Source: Thermodesulfobacteriota bacterium
GTDB lineage: Bacteria > Desulfobacterota > Desulfobacteria > Desulfobacterales > SURF-7
Length of the DNA: 64,000 nt
NCBI GenBank assembly: GCA_049320885.1
Contig: JBMORA010000046.1
Location: forward strand, 1-64,000
Reading direction: 5' to 3'
Part shown: piece by piece, positions 53,118 through 61,733 of the stretch
Layout: the number at the start of each line of letters is the position of its first letter
Position numbering within the stretch: position 1 is the first letter of the stretch
The notes under the pieces: model-generated
What the model was told of the DNA's origin: nothing
The model's database searches: none
Seen by the model: the letters and a program-made list of their open reading frames with translations, nothing else
Made by a program: the position numbers and the translations under genes

Positions 53118-55526
53118 TCATCCCGCCTTCAAACAGGATCGGCGGATCACCTCCTCTTTCATTGCCGGAGAAAGATCGTTGAAATACGCCGAATAGCCCG
53201 ATACCCGCACCAGCAGGTTGGGGTAAAGCCGCGGATTGTCGCGGGCCCGGATCAGGACGTCCGGATCCACCACATTGATCTGGGCCTGCATGCCCCCCCG
53301 CCGGAAATAGGTTTTCAGCAGACTTCCCAGGGCGGCGACGCCGGGGCCGCCCCGCAAGGTGTGGGGATCGAATTTGATATTGAAATTCACGCCGTTGGCA
53401 AACCGCTTGAAATCAAAGCGGTTGACGGAATTCAACAGCGCCGTGGGCCCCTTGCGGTCCATTCCGTTGACCGGGGAGATCCCCGAGGCAAAGGGCTCCC
53501 CTTTCCTTCGGCCATGGGGCAGGGCGCCGGTGATCCGGCCGAAAAATTCATGGGCCGTCACTGAGTAGAGCCCGGTGGTGTAGGCTCCCCCCCGGGTGTT
53601 GTCGCCGAGTTTGCTCAAGGTCTTTGCAAACAGTTCGGCTGCGTACACCGACCAGCGATCCACCGCCGGATCATCATTACCGAATTTGGGCAGATTCCGC
53701 AAATACGCCAGCTCCGCCGGAGCATTCAAATTGTTTTTCAACAACCGCACCAGTTGGGTCAGGCGCATGCGGCGGTCGATAAAAACAGCCCGCTCGATGG
53801 CATACAGGGCATCGCCCACATCGATGGGCGCCACGCACTGGATGCCGGAAAAATTATAGCGGGCGCCGCCGGCGGTGGAGCAGACGCCCGACTCGATGCA
53901 GCCTTTCAGCAGCATGCTGGTCAGCGGCGTGGGGTGATGCAGGCGGTTGGCGGTTTCCACGGCCCGCAGATCCCGGACCAGCCGGCCGAGCATTTCCGTA
54001 AGCTGGGCCTCGAAGGCCTTGCAAACATGATCCATGGACGTCATGGCCGACGCCGAAACGGTTTTACGGCCTGTGCGCACCGGGGACCCGAAACGGCGGC
54101 CCTGGTTCAAGGCCATTTCCAGGACCACCGGCAGATTGAAGAGCGCCGCGTCCGTGGAGGCGAAGCTGCGGCCCTGGCTCACCGGTTCCACGCAACCCAC
54201 CGCCGTGTAATCCCGGGCATCCTCGACCGCATACCCTTGCCGCTGCATGCAGGGGACGATAACGTCGTCATTGTACAGGGCCGGTGAATTGCAGCCGCCG
54301 GCCAGCAGGGAATGAAGCCGCAGGTGATACTCCTCCGGCGCCCCGCTGTGCACCCGAGCGTGGAAATTCGGCTGGCGCATGCGCAGTTCGTCCATCACCT
54401 CCAGGAAAAGATAGCTGAGTTCGTTGACGCTGTCCCTGCCGGCACGATCCGTTCCGCCCACGGTGACCACCTGGCCGTTGAACATGCCGCCATGGAAATT
54501 GATCAGCTGCTGGGAAAAAACAGGGATGATTTCGGATAGCTTTATGCAAAAGGCGGCCGTCAGCTCCCTGGCGGTGCCGCGATCCAGCCGGCCTTCCCGG
54601 ATATCCCGCTCATAATAGGGATAGAGATACTGGTCCAGGCGGCCGGGCGAAACCGCATTGTCCAGGCTTTCCAGATTGATGGCGATCTGGGCGAACAAAA
54701 CGGCCTGGAGGGCTTCATGAAAACCGGAAACGCCTTGCCGCAGGCAGCGCGCGCAAACACCCGCGATGGTTTCAAGCTCCCTCCGGCGCCGGGGCTCCGC
54801 TTCGGTTTTCGCCATGTCGGCGGCGAGCCTGCCATACCGTTCCCCGAACCGGGCCAGGCCCTCGGCTATGATGGTCACGGCCTCCAAAAAATTCCATGAT
54901 TCCGATCCCGGGGCCGCCAACGCTTTGCAGGCTTCCGCCCTGGCCTTGATGCCGTCGGTGCCGATGCGGATCAGGTTTTCATAATCCGGCGCCAGGTGGG
55001 AAATTCCGCCGCATTCATTGATCAGATAAAAATGGGCCCGCAACTGGTTGGCGATGAACCGGATTTTCGCCAAGGGGCCGCTGTAGGCATGAAAGGCGAC
55101 GAACCGGAAGGCCCAAAACGGAATAATGGACAGCAGCAGCCGCATCTCCCGCGGGGATATGCCCAGCGGGTTCGTCTGTCTGCGCGACAGTTTGAACAGA
55201 TCCAGCATGACCGGCACGCCATGGAGTTCCGGGTAAATCGACCCGCCGACGCGCTTGGAGGTGTAATTTCCCACGAGCCATTCGTCCGGATAAATGGCGA
55301 TGCTTTTCCGGAGCAGAACATGACGGAGGGCCTCGGCCATCCGGACGGCGACGGGTTTCGAGCCGGACGCTGTCCGAAAATACTCGGTCCACAGCAGGGC
55401 CCTCTCGGTGCAGACCTCGTTCGGCGCTTGCTGCACCGCTGTTTTCAACCGGTGGATACGTTCCTTTGGCTCCAGCCGGTTCTCTCTTTCCTTGCTCTCC
55501 ATTTTGTCACGCATAGATAACGGCAT
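53118..55526 (-). CDS. Glycyl radical enzyme (PFL2/eliminase-like, unknown substrate)
   Basis: Cys loop DYTAVGCVEP, Gly loop LLVRVSGYSAYF, SPGRLDQYLYPYY; GGAGG RBS before ATG 55526. Confidence 0.93.
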   Translation of the reverse strand: MPLSMRDKMESKERENRLEPKERIHRLKTAVQQAPNEVCTERALLWTEYFRTASGSKPVAVRMAEALRHVLLRKSIAIYPDEWLVGNYTSKRVGGSIYPELHGVPVMLDLFKLSRRQTNPLGISPREMRLLLSIIPFWAFRFVAFHAYSGPLAKIRFIANQLRAHFYLINECGGISHLAPDYENLIRIGTDGIKARAEACKALAAPGSESWNFLEAVTIIAEGLARFGERYGRLAADMAKTEAEPRRRRELETIAGVCARCLRQGVSGFHEALQAVLFAQIAINLESLDNAVSPGRLDQYLYPYYERDIREGRLDRGTARELTAAFCIKLSEIIPVFSQQLINFHGGMFNGQVVTVGGTDRAGRDSVNELSYLFLEVMDELRMRQPNFHARVHSGAPEEYHLRLHSLLAGGCNSPALYNDDVIVPCMQRQGYAVEDARDYTAVGCVEPVSQGRSFASTDAALFNLPVVLEMALNQGRRFGSPVRTGRKTVSASAMTSMDHVCKAFEAQLTEMLGRLVRDLRAVETANRLHHPTPLTSMLLKGCIESGVCSTAGGARYNFSGIQCVAPIDVGDALYAIERAVFIDRRMRLTQLVRLLKNNLNAPAELAYLRNLPKFGNDDPAVDRWSVYAAELFAKTLSKLGDNTRGGAYTTGLYSVTAHEFFGRITGALPHGRRKGEPFASGISPVNGMDRKGPTALLNSVNRFDFKRFANGVNFNIKFDPHTLRGGPGVAALGSLLKTYFRRGGMQAQINVVDPDVLIRARDNPRLYPNLLVRVSGYSAYFNDLSPAMKEEVIRRSCLKAG

Positions 55527-56436
55527 CGATTCCCTCCTGTTGCAAGATGGAGATGGCCCGCCGAGGATCCGCGGCAGCCGGATTCCGGTTGCCGAAGGGC
55601 TCCAGCTCCGATGCAATCCGCGCCAGCTTGGCCTCTCCCAATGGATGATACGGCAGGCAATGAATGCAGTGATGTCCGCTGGCTTTCAAAAAACGGGCGG
55701 TTTCGACGAGATTGCTTTCCGTGTCGGTGATTCCGGGAATCAATGGCATCCTGGCCTGGAGCGGCGGAAACCGTTCGGAAAGCATCGTGAAATTTCGCAG
55801 GATGCCCCGGTTGTCGGCGCGGGTGTGGACGGCATGCAGCGCCGGATCCATGATCTTCAGATCAAAATAGATCAGGTCCAGCATGGCCAGCAGGGGCTCC
55901 ATGGCGTTCCAGGGAAAGGCACCGCTGGTCTCCAGATTGACATGCATCCCCACCTGCCGGAGCCTGGGAATCACCTGGAGCAGAAAAGCGGAATGCAGCA
56001 TGGGTTCGCCGCCGGAAAACGTCACCCCGCCGCCGGAGTCTTGATAAAAATCCAGATCCCTTTTCACTTCTTCGGCCAACGAATCGGCATCCCGGCTTCT
56101 TCCCACCAGGACCAGGGCCTGCTGCCGGCAGACCTTGGAGCAGGCACCGCAGGCATTGCAATGTTCGTCCGCCACCCGCCGCGGGCCGGCCGATATCGCC
56201 CCCCGGGGACAGACCGACAGACAGTCAAAGCAGCGGACACATCGTTCCGCGTAAAAAGCGATTTCCGGTTCCGCCTTATGGGACTCCGGATTCTGACACC
56301 AGGCGCAGCGCAACGGGCAGCCCTTCAGAAAAACCGTCGTGCGGATCCCCGGCCCGTCGTGGAGGGAGAACCGCTGGACATCAAACACCACGGCCGATGG
56401 GTTGTCCCCGGCCGGAAAAGAGGGAGCAGACGACAT
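55507..56436 (-). CDS. Glycyl-radical activating enzyme (radical SAM with ferredoxin insert)
   Basis: HDGPGIRT, CPLRCAWCQNPE, CVRCFDCLSVC and CNACGACSKVC, GVTFSGGEP. Confidence 0.95.
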   Translation of the reverse strand: MSSAPSFPAGDNPSAVVFDVQRFSLHDGPGIRTTVFLKGCPLRCAWCQNPESHKAEPEIAFYAERCVRCFDCLSVCPRGAISAGPRRVADEHCNACGACSKVCRQQALVLVGRSRDADSLAEEVKRDLDFYQDSGGGVTFSGGEPMLHSAFLLQVIPRLRQVGMHVNLETSGAFPWNAMEPLLAMLDLIYFDLKIMDPALHAVHTRADNRGILRNFTMLSERFPPLQARMPLIPGITDTESNLVETARFLKASGHHCIHCLPYHPLGEAKLARIASELEPFGNRNPAAADPRRAISILQQEGIDAVIYA

Positions 56437-56461
56437 GGCGCAATCCAGTCCTGGTGACGCA

Positions 56462-56478
56462 AAGTGGTATTACCAATT
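56462..56478. promoter_or_regulatory. FadR/GntR-type operator 1 (upstream of activase)
   Basis: AAGTGGTATTACCAATT, TGGT-N3-ACCA core as in PdhR/LldR boxes. Confidence 0.75.
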
Positions 56479-56533
56479 ATGAATTCAGTAACCGGTTTTA
56501 TTACCCCATGTCAAGGTATTTTTAACGTTATTA

Positions 56534-56562
56534 TTGACAGTTATTTCAATTTTCCCTACCAT
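56534..56562 (+). promoter_or_regulatory. Sigma-70 promoter of gntR-moaD
   Basis: TTGACA-N17-TACCAT. Confidence 0.65.
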
Positions 56563-56576
56563 GGGCCGGAATGGTT

Positions 56577-56591
56577 TTTGGTATGACCAAA
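56577..56591. promoter_or_regulatory. FadR/GntR-type operator 2 (autoregulatory)
   Basis: TTTGGTATGACCAAA palindrome just downstream of the promoter. Confidence 0.75.
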
Positions 56592-56612
56592 TCAGGAAAG
56601 GAATCCCCTTCA

Positions 56613-57410
56613 ATGAATTCAGCCGGCGCCCATGACCATCACAGGGAAAAACGATCCCATCGCATTTCCAAGGCGATGCAGCTGGACATTTTAAACGGTT
56701 TATATCCGACGGACAGCCGCCTTCCCTCCGAGCGCGACCTCGCCGGTCAATACGGCGTCAGCCGGGTGACCATCCGGGAGGCCATTGAAAAACTGGAACG
56801 GCTGGGCATGGTGGAAAAAAGACCCAACAGCGGCTCCTATATCCGCGATTTGCCGAACCATGCATCCATTTCCCTGCTGACGGAAATCATGAACAACAGC
56901 GAATCCGTCGATGCCGGGCTGCTGATCGCCCTGCTGGATTTCCGCCAGATCATCGAAGTGTATGCCGCCGCCCGGGCCGCCCAAAAAGCGTCGCGGAACG
57001 ATATTGCCGCCTTGAAACAGCTGGTCGCGGACATGAAGCGCAACCGGTTGCAAAAAGCCGTCATCTGCGGCCTGAATGTGGACCTGCATGCCTGCCTGAT
57101 CCGCTTGTCGGGAAACCTGGTGATCCAGCTGCTGTTCAATTCGTTCAAACCCGTCTATGAATATTATATGGAGGTGTTTCACCACCTGCCGGAGGCTTCG
57201 GAGGAAATCATCGGCTATTACGAGAAGCTGGCCGCCGCCATCGAGGCCCATGACGATGCGTATGCGGCCCACCTCATGGAGAGCCTTCTCCGCCACGGCC
57301 ACAACCAGGTGAAGGATGCCGCCGGCCTCTCCCAGAACGGAAAACAAATCCGCCTGCGGCCAGCGGCCGCAAGCCGCCGGGAAAACCGGAAAACGGAGCG
57401 GACGACATGA
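56613..57410 (+). CDS. GntR family (FadR subfamily, FCD) transcriptional regulator
   Basis: RLPSERDLAGQYGVSRVTIREAI HTH; FRQIIE, SGNLVI; start uncertain (56571/56583/56613). Confidence 0.92.
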   Translation: MNSAGAHDHHREKRSHRISKAMQLDILNGLYPTDSRLPSERDLAGQYGVSRVTIREAIEKLERLGMVEKRPNSGSYIRDLPNHASISLLTEIMNNSESVDAGLLIALLDFRQIIEVYAAARAAQKASRNDIAALKQLVADMKRNRLQKAVICGLNVDLHACLIRLSGNLVIQLLFNSFKPVYEYYMEVFHHLPEASEEIIGYYEKLAAAIEAHDDAYAAHLMESLLRHGHNQVKDAAGLSQNGKQIRLRPAAASRRENRKTERTT

Positions 57411-57646
57411 AAATCCAGCTCAATCTGTTCGCCACCCTCTCCCGCTACAAGCCGGAAGGAGGCGCTGCCGAGGCCATGACCATCGCCTGCGAAGAAGGCC
57501 TGACAATCAGGGAACTGCTGGTGGGCCTGGGGCTGCCCATGGACCAGGTCAAGCTCATCTTTGTCAACGGGGTCCACGCGCAACCCGACGCGGTACTGAA
57601 AAACGGGGACCGGGTCGGGGTTTTTCCACCGGTGGGCGGCGGTTGA
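57407..57646 (+). CDS. MoaD/ThiS ubiquitin-like sulfur carrier
   Basis: 79 aa, LFATL, IFVNG, GDRVGVFPPVGGG C-terminus; ATGA overlap with gntR stop. Confidence 0.93.
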   Translation: MKIQLNLFATLSRYKPEGGAAEAMTIACEEGLTIRELLVGLGLPMDQVKLIFVNGVHAQPDAVLKNGDRVGVFPPVGGG

Positions 57647-57708
57647 TGCATGCCACCGGCCCCGCCTTCAGGCGAATAACGGCGGCCGGGGAGGCTCCGC
57701 TACCCGGA

Positions 57709-59070
57709 TCAGACGGTCCTGGGCCACTCCAGCCGGTATCTTTTCATCCGTTTCCATAAGGTCACCCGGCTGATCCCGAGTTTTCGGGCCGCCTCATTGC
57801 GGTTCCCGCCCGTTTCCGTCAGAAGCTGAATCAGTTTCCGGCGCTCGCTTTCATGGGGCGCTTCAGAGAGCGGTCGCGGGGGAGCGGCTTGCAGGTGCCG
57901 CGAGATCTTCGGCGGCAAATGCGCGGTGTCGATGAGTCCGCCGCGGCACAGCACCAGGGCGTAGTCAATGGCGTTTCTCAGTTCCCGGACATTCCCGGGC
58001 CAGGGGTATTCCGTCAGCACCTCCATGGCTTCCGGTGTCAGCCCGATGATGCGCTTGCCGCTCTTGCGGGTGCCGTATTTGATGAAATTCTGAACCAGAA
58101 CGGGGATGTCCTCCCGGCGCTGCGACAACGAGGGGCATTGCAGGGGGAAAACATTGATGCGGAAAAACAAATCCTCCCGGAATCGCCCTGCGGCGATCAT
58201 GGTTTCCAGATTCCGGTTGGTGGCGGATATGATCCGGACATCCACGGGAATGGGCTGGTGGTCCCCCACCCGCTCGATGACGCCCCCCTCGATCACCCGC
58301 AGCAATTTCACCTGGATCGAGAGGGGTATGTCCCCGACTTCGTCCAGGAAAAGGCTGCCGCCGTGGGCCGCCTCGAACCGACCGATGCGCGTGCGCTCCG
58401 CGCCGGTGAAAGCGCCTTTCACATGGCCGAACAGCTCGCTTTCGAGCAGGTTTTCATTCAGGGCCGCGCAATTGACCTTGATGAACGAGCCGTCGCGACG
58501 GGGACTGGCTTCATGGATCGCCAGCGCCGTCAGTTCCTTGCCGGTTCCGCTTTCCCCCAGGATCATCACCGGCGCATCGGACTGGGCCACATTCTCGATC
58601 AACTCGAAAAGTTCCTGCATGACCGCCGAGCCGCCGATCAGGTCATGATATCCATTCTCCAGATTCAGGGTTTGCCGGAGGGCCGCGAGCTTTTCTTCCT
58701 GCCGGACGGTGTCGGAAATATCGGTCAATATTTCCACGGCGCCGACGGTCTCACCGGTTTTGTCGCGGATTACCGTGGCGCTCTTCAGAACATAAATGGC
58801 CCGGCCGCTTTTCGAGAGGATGGTACAACGTTTGGACTTCACTTCCCCTTTTGAAAAAAGTCCGCACCATTTTTCGGTCCGCTCCTTGCGTATATTGCAG
58901 CCCGTGCAGTTCAGCATCCGGCAGGTATTGCCCACCAGCTCGCTGCTCTTGTACCCCGTAAGGGTTTCCGTCGCCGGATTGACCGCCACGATTTTCCCTT
59001 CCGGATCCACCACCATCATGCCGTCCTGCAGGGTATCCAGAATGGTTTTCCAATGGTTTTCCAGTTCCAT
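57709..59070 (-). CDS. PAS-domain sigma-54 enhancer-binding protein
   Basis: GESGTGKE, ESELFGHVKGAFTGA, FLDEVGD, WPGNVREL, Fis HTH; Cys-rich PAS. Confidence 0.95.
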   Translation of the reverse strand: MELENHWKTILDTLQDGMMVVDPEGKIVAVNPATETLTGYKSSELVGNTCRMLNCTGCNIRKERTEKWCGLFSKGEVKSKRCTILSKSGRAIYVLKSATVIRDKTGETVGAVEILTDISDTVRQEEKLAALRQTLNLENGYHDLIGGSAVMQELFELIENVAQSDAPVMILGESGTGKELTALAIHEASPRRDGSFIKVNCAALNENLLESELFGHVKGAFTGAERTRIGRFEAAHGGSLFLDEVGDIPLSIQVKLLRVIEGGVIERVGDHQPIPVDVRIISATNRNLETMIAAGRFREDLFFRINVFPLQCPSLSQRREDIPVLVQNFIKYGTRKSGKRIIGLTPEAMEVLTEYPWPGNVRELRNAIDYALVLCRGGLIDTAHLPPKISRHLQAAPPRPLSEAPHESERRKLIQLLTETGGNRNEAARKLGISRVTLWKRMKRYRLEWPRTV

Positions 59071-59110
59071 GCACGTCTTCCCTTGAACCGCGGATTCAAT
59101 TCCCAAACCA

Positions 59111-59161
59111 TGTAAACCCATGGCAACAAATGTTAACATTATTGTTAACATACCAGTAACA
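59111..59161. promoter_or_regulatory. Putative upstream activator sequences
   Basis: TGT-N12-ACA at 59111-59128 and two TGTTAACA palindromes at 59131-59138 and 59143-59150, about 90-120 bp upstream of the sigma-54 site. Confidence 0.55.
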
Positions 59162-59235
59162 CAGGCAACACATGAAATCAAGACGGAAGATAATTATTCA
59201 TAATATTCCAAATGCTTAATAAAATTTTTCCTGTC

Positions 59236-59251
59236 TGGCACCCGGTTTGCT
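59236..59251 (+). promoter_or_regulatory. Sigma-54 promoter
   Basis: TGGCACCCGGTTTGCT, near-consensus -24/-12; divergent from a sigma-54 activator gene. Confidence 0.88.
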
Positions 59252-59329
59252 AATTTGCCCCGCAAGAACGACCGAAACAACGAAGTCGGATTCATCAACC
59301 ATATAACTAATCGATTCAAGGAGGCTTTT

Positions 59330-60967
59330 ATGAAGCGCACCATCGCGCGGCCCACCATGTTGCTGACGGTCCTCGGCATGCTGCTGCTGCCCATGCTGAT
59401 CCCTTCCGCAGGATCGGCCGGGGAAGAAACGGAAACCCTCAAAAAGGAAATAGAGGCATTGAAGGAGGAACTGGCGGACATGGATGACCGTCTGAACCAG
59501 ACGGAGCTCCACACAGCCACGGACAAAATTTCCTTGGGTCTGGAACTGAGAAGCCGTTATGACTACATTCGCTACAATGATGTCTATACCGCGCCGATGA
59601 TGCTGCGACAGGGTTTTTTCACCCCCGTGGCCCTGGGGGGAATGAACGGCGCGACCCTGGCCCAGATCCGGCAGGGCATGGCCATGGCCGGCGGAATGAA
59701 GCCGGATGAATATACGGCCGAAAACGACGCCATTTTCACCAACCGGTTGCGTCTCAATATGGATGCCAAGCTGAATTCCAGCCTCTCTTTCAGCGGCCGC
59801 CTGGCCATGTACAAAGTCTACGGCGACAGCAGCGGCGTCAAATTCATGTCCGGCAACTTGAACGACGTGGCCCTGGACGGCAACACGGCAAGCCTGCCCC
59901 AGGGGGATGCCCTGCATGTGGAGCGCGCCTACTTCAACTACAAGAACGACCTGGGCTCCGTACCCATCAATCTCTCCCTGGGAAGACGGCCGGCCACCGA
60001 CGGGCCGCCCCTGGAATACGGCAATTACAGTCCGGAAGGCGGCTCCCCCCTGGGAACCATCATCAACTGGCAGTTTGACGGCGCCTCCTTCAATTTCGGG
60101 CTGGAAGACGCCTCCGGCATATCCGGCGCCGCCTTCAAGCTCTGTTATGGCGTCGGGTTTGAAAGCGATTGGGGCAACAGTTATTCCCTCAACGGCAGCT
60201 CTTATGTGGATGATGCCACCTTCGGTGGATTCATCGCCACGTTTTACGACGACGAGGTCACCAGCATGGTGCTGAATTACGCCCATGCCTGGGACATCAC
60301 CGACGGCTTCACCGGCACCGTGGTCATGCCGTTTATTCCGACGAAGAATCCGGATGGAACCTACACCTTCGCCCCCAATACGGGCGGCTATATCAGCCGC
60401 ATGGAAGCCGCCACCAATATCGGCGATTTTGACCTGGCCTCCCTGCTGTTCCGCACCAACTTCGCGGAACGGTTCGCGGACATTGATTTCTTCCTGGCGC
60501 CTTCCTGGAGCCATACCCGGCCTTCGGAAATCTCCCGCAATGCCTATTACGAAATGATGGGCCAAGGCCTGGTCAGCACGGCCGATGCAACCGGCGCGCT
60601 GAGCTCTGAAAACGGTTACAGCGTATATACCGGCGTCCTTCTGCCCATGCCCATGGATGCCCGGCTCGGACTGGAATACAACTGGGGATCGCAATACTGG
60701 TTCAACATGACCGGCGCGGAAGACTCCCTGGTGGGCAGCAAACTGTCCGCTCGCGGGCAGGTGTACGAGGCCTATTATATTCAACCGGTTTTCAAGGACA
60801 ATTTCTTCCTGAAACTCGGCGGCCGTTACTATGATTACGAATATACCGGCAGCGGCAATCCCCTGGGCGAGCCCGTCAAAATCAGCGAGCTGAAGGCCAC
60901 GGATGCTTTCTTCCCGGTGGTCGACACGGTATGGAATGTCTATCTGTCCGCCACCATCCGGCTGTAG
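59330..60967 (+). CDS. DUF3373 family outer-membrane porin-like protein
   Basis: Signal peptide, coiled coil, LELRSRYD, FTNRLRLNM, GRRPATDGPP, LEYNWGSQYW; AAGGAGG RBS. Confidence 0.82.
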   Translation: MKRTIARPTMLLTVLGMLLLPMLIPSAGSAGEETETLKKEIEALKEELADMDDRLNQTELHTATDKISLGLELRSRYDYIRYNDVYTAPMMLRQGFFTPVALGGMNGATLAQIRQGMAMAGGMKPDEYTAENDAIFTNRLRLNMDAKLNSSLSFSGRLAMYKVYGDSSGVKFMSGNLNDVALDGNTASLPQGDALHVERAYFNYKNDLGSVPINLSLGRRPATDGPPLEYGNYSPEGGSPLGTIINWQFDGASFNFGLEDASGISGAAFKLCYGVGFESDWGNSYSLNGSSYVDDATFGGFIATFYDDEVTSMVLNYAHAWDITDGFTGTVVMPFIPTKNPDGTYTFAPNTGGYISRMEAATNIGDFDLASLLFRTNFAERFADIDFFLAPSWSHTRPSEISRNAYYEMMGQGLVSTADATGALSSENGYSVYTGVLLPMPMDARLGLEYNWGSQYWFNMTGAEDSLVGSKLSARGQVYEAYYIQPVFKDNFFLKLGGRYYDYEYTGSGNPLGEPVKISELKATDAFFPVVDTVWNVYLSATIRL

Positions 60968-60978
60968 TGGAGGAATCC

Positions 60979-61314
60979 ATGGATCTGGAGCAACTCAAAG
61001 CCGACAAGGTGATGGACACGCGGGGACTTTCGCCCCCCATGCCGCTGGTAAAAAGCAGGAAGGCGCTGAGCCGGATGAAAACCGGGAAAATCCTTGAAAT
61101 CTGGTGCACGGATCCGGAGGCGCAACAGGAAATCCCGAGCCTGCATGGCGAATGCGGCGGCGCCTACCTGGGCTGCGTGACGGATCCCGAAGGATACACC
61201 CGCTTTTTCATCCAAAAGGGTCCCGCAGGATATACCGGCCTAGCAAATTTTCAAAGCCCTGCGGCGCCGGCCGGGACGGCGGGAACGGGGCGCGATAATG
61301 ACAATGCCCGTTGA
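60979..61314 (+). CDS. TusA/SirA-like protein lacking the canonical CPxP cysteine
   Basis: MDTRGLSPPMPLVKSRKAL...GKILEIWCTDP...FFIQKG; GGAGGA RBS. Confidence 0.78.
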   Translation: MDLEQLKADKVMDTRGLSPPMPLVKSRKALSRMKTGKILEIWCTDPEAQQEIPSLHGECGGAYLGCVTDPEGYTRFFIQKGPAGYTGLANFQSPAAPAGTAGTGRDNDNAR

Positions 61315-61355
61315 TTTAATCATAACAAAATGATATGAAAGGAAAAGGTAACAAC

Positions 61356-61700
61356 ATGACGAAAAAAATCCTGGTTACGATTCTGAGCGGTTGGCTGGCG
61401 GTGGCCTTCATCGGTACGGCGATCGCCGCCGAGGGCGGCAACGAACGCAAAGGCAAATACACCTATCGCAAGGTTTATAAAGCCTGTTTTGAAAGAGGCG
61501 CCGTGGAATCGGAAAAACCGCCCATCAGCCCGGACGCCAAAACCCAGGCCCAGTGGGATCGCGTTTTCAAGAAGAAAAATTTCGAGGAATTCGGCTGCGC
61601 GGATGAATGGAACAAACTTTCCGAGGCGGAATTGCAGGACATCCAGGCTTATCTGCATGCCCATGCAGCCGACTCTCCTTCACCGGCAAAGTGCAAATAA
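61356..61700 (+). CDS. Small periplasmic cytochrome-c-like protein without CxxCH
   Basis: Signal peptide; GNERKGKY, SPDAKTQAQW, YLHAHAADSPSPAKC; no CxxCH. Confidence 0.7.
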   Translation: MTKKILVTILSGWLAVAFIGTAIAAEGGNERKGKYTYRKVYKACFERGAVESEKPPISPDAKTQAQWDRVFKKKNFEEFGCADEWNKLSEAELQDIQAYLHAHAADSPSPAKCK

Positions 61701-61733
61701 TCCAAAACCCATTGCCCAATTCGGAGACTTTCC

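Noticed and set aside
53118..55526. Assignment of the GRE as pyruvate formate-lyase or benzylsuccinate synthase
   Set aside because: Single Cys in the loop (GCVEP) rather than the PFL CC pair, and no small BSS beta/gamma subunit genes
52247..57646. Ubiquitin-like anti-phage system (CBASS type II, Bil/Bub)
   Set aside because: No E2, JAB/DUB or CD-NTase; the E1 has no cysteine; context is metabolic
59216..60784. 522-aa minus-strand ORF
   Set aside because: Antisense to the DUF3373 porin gene
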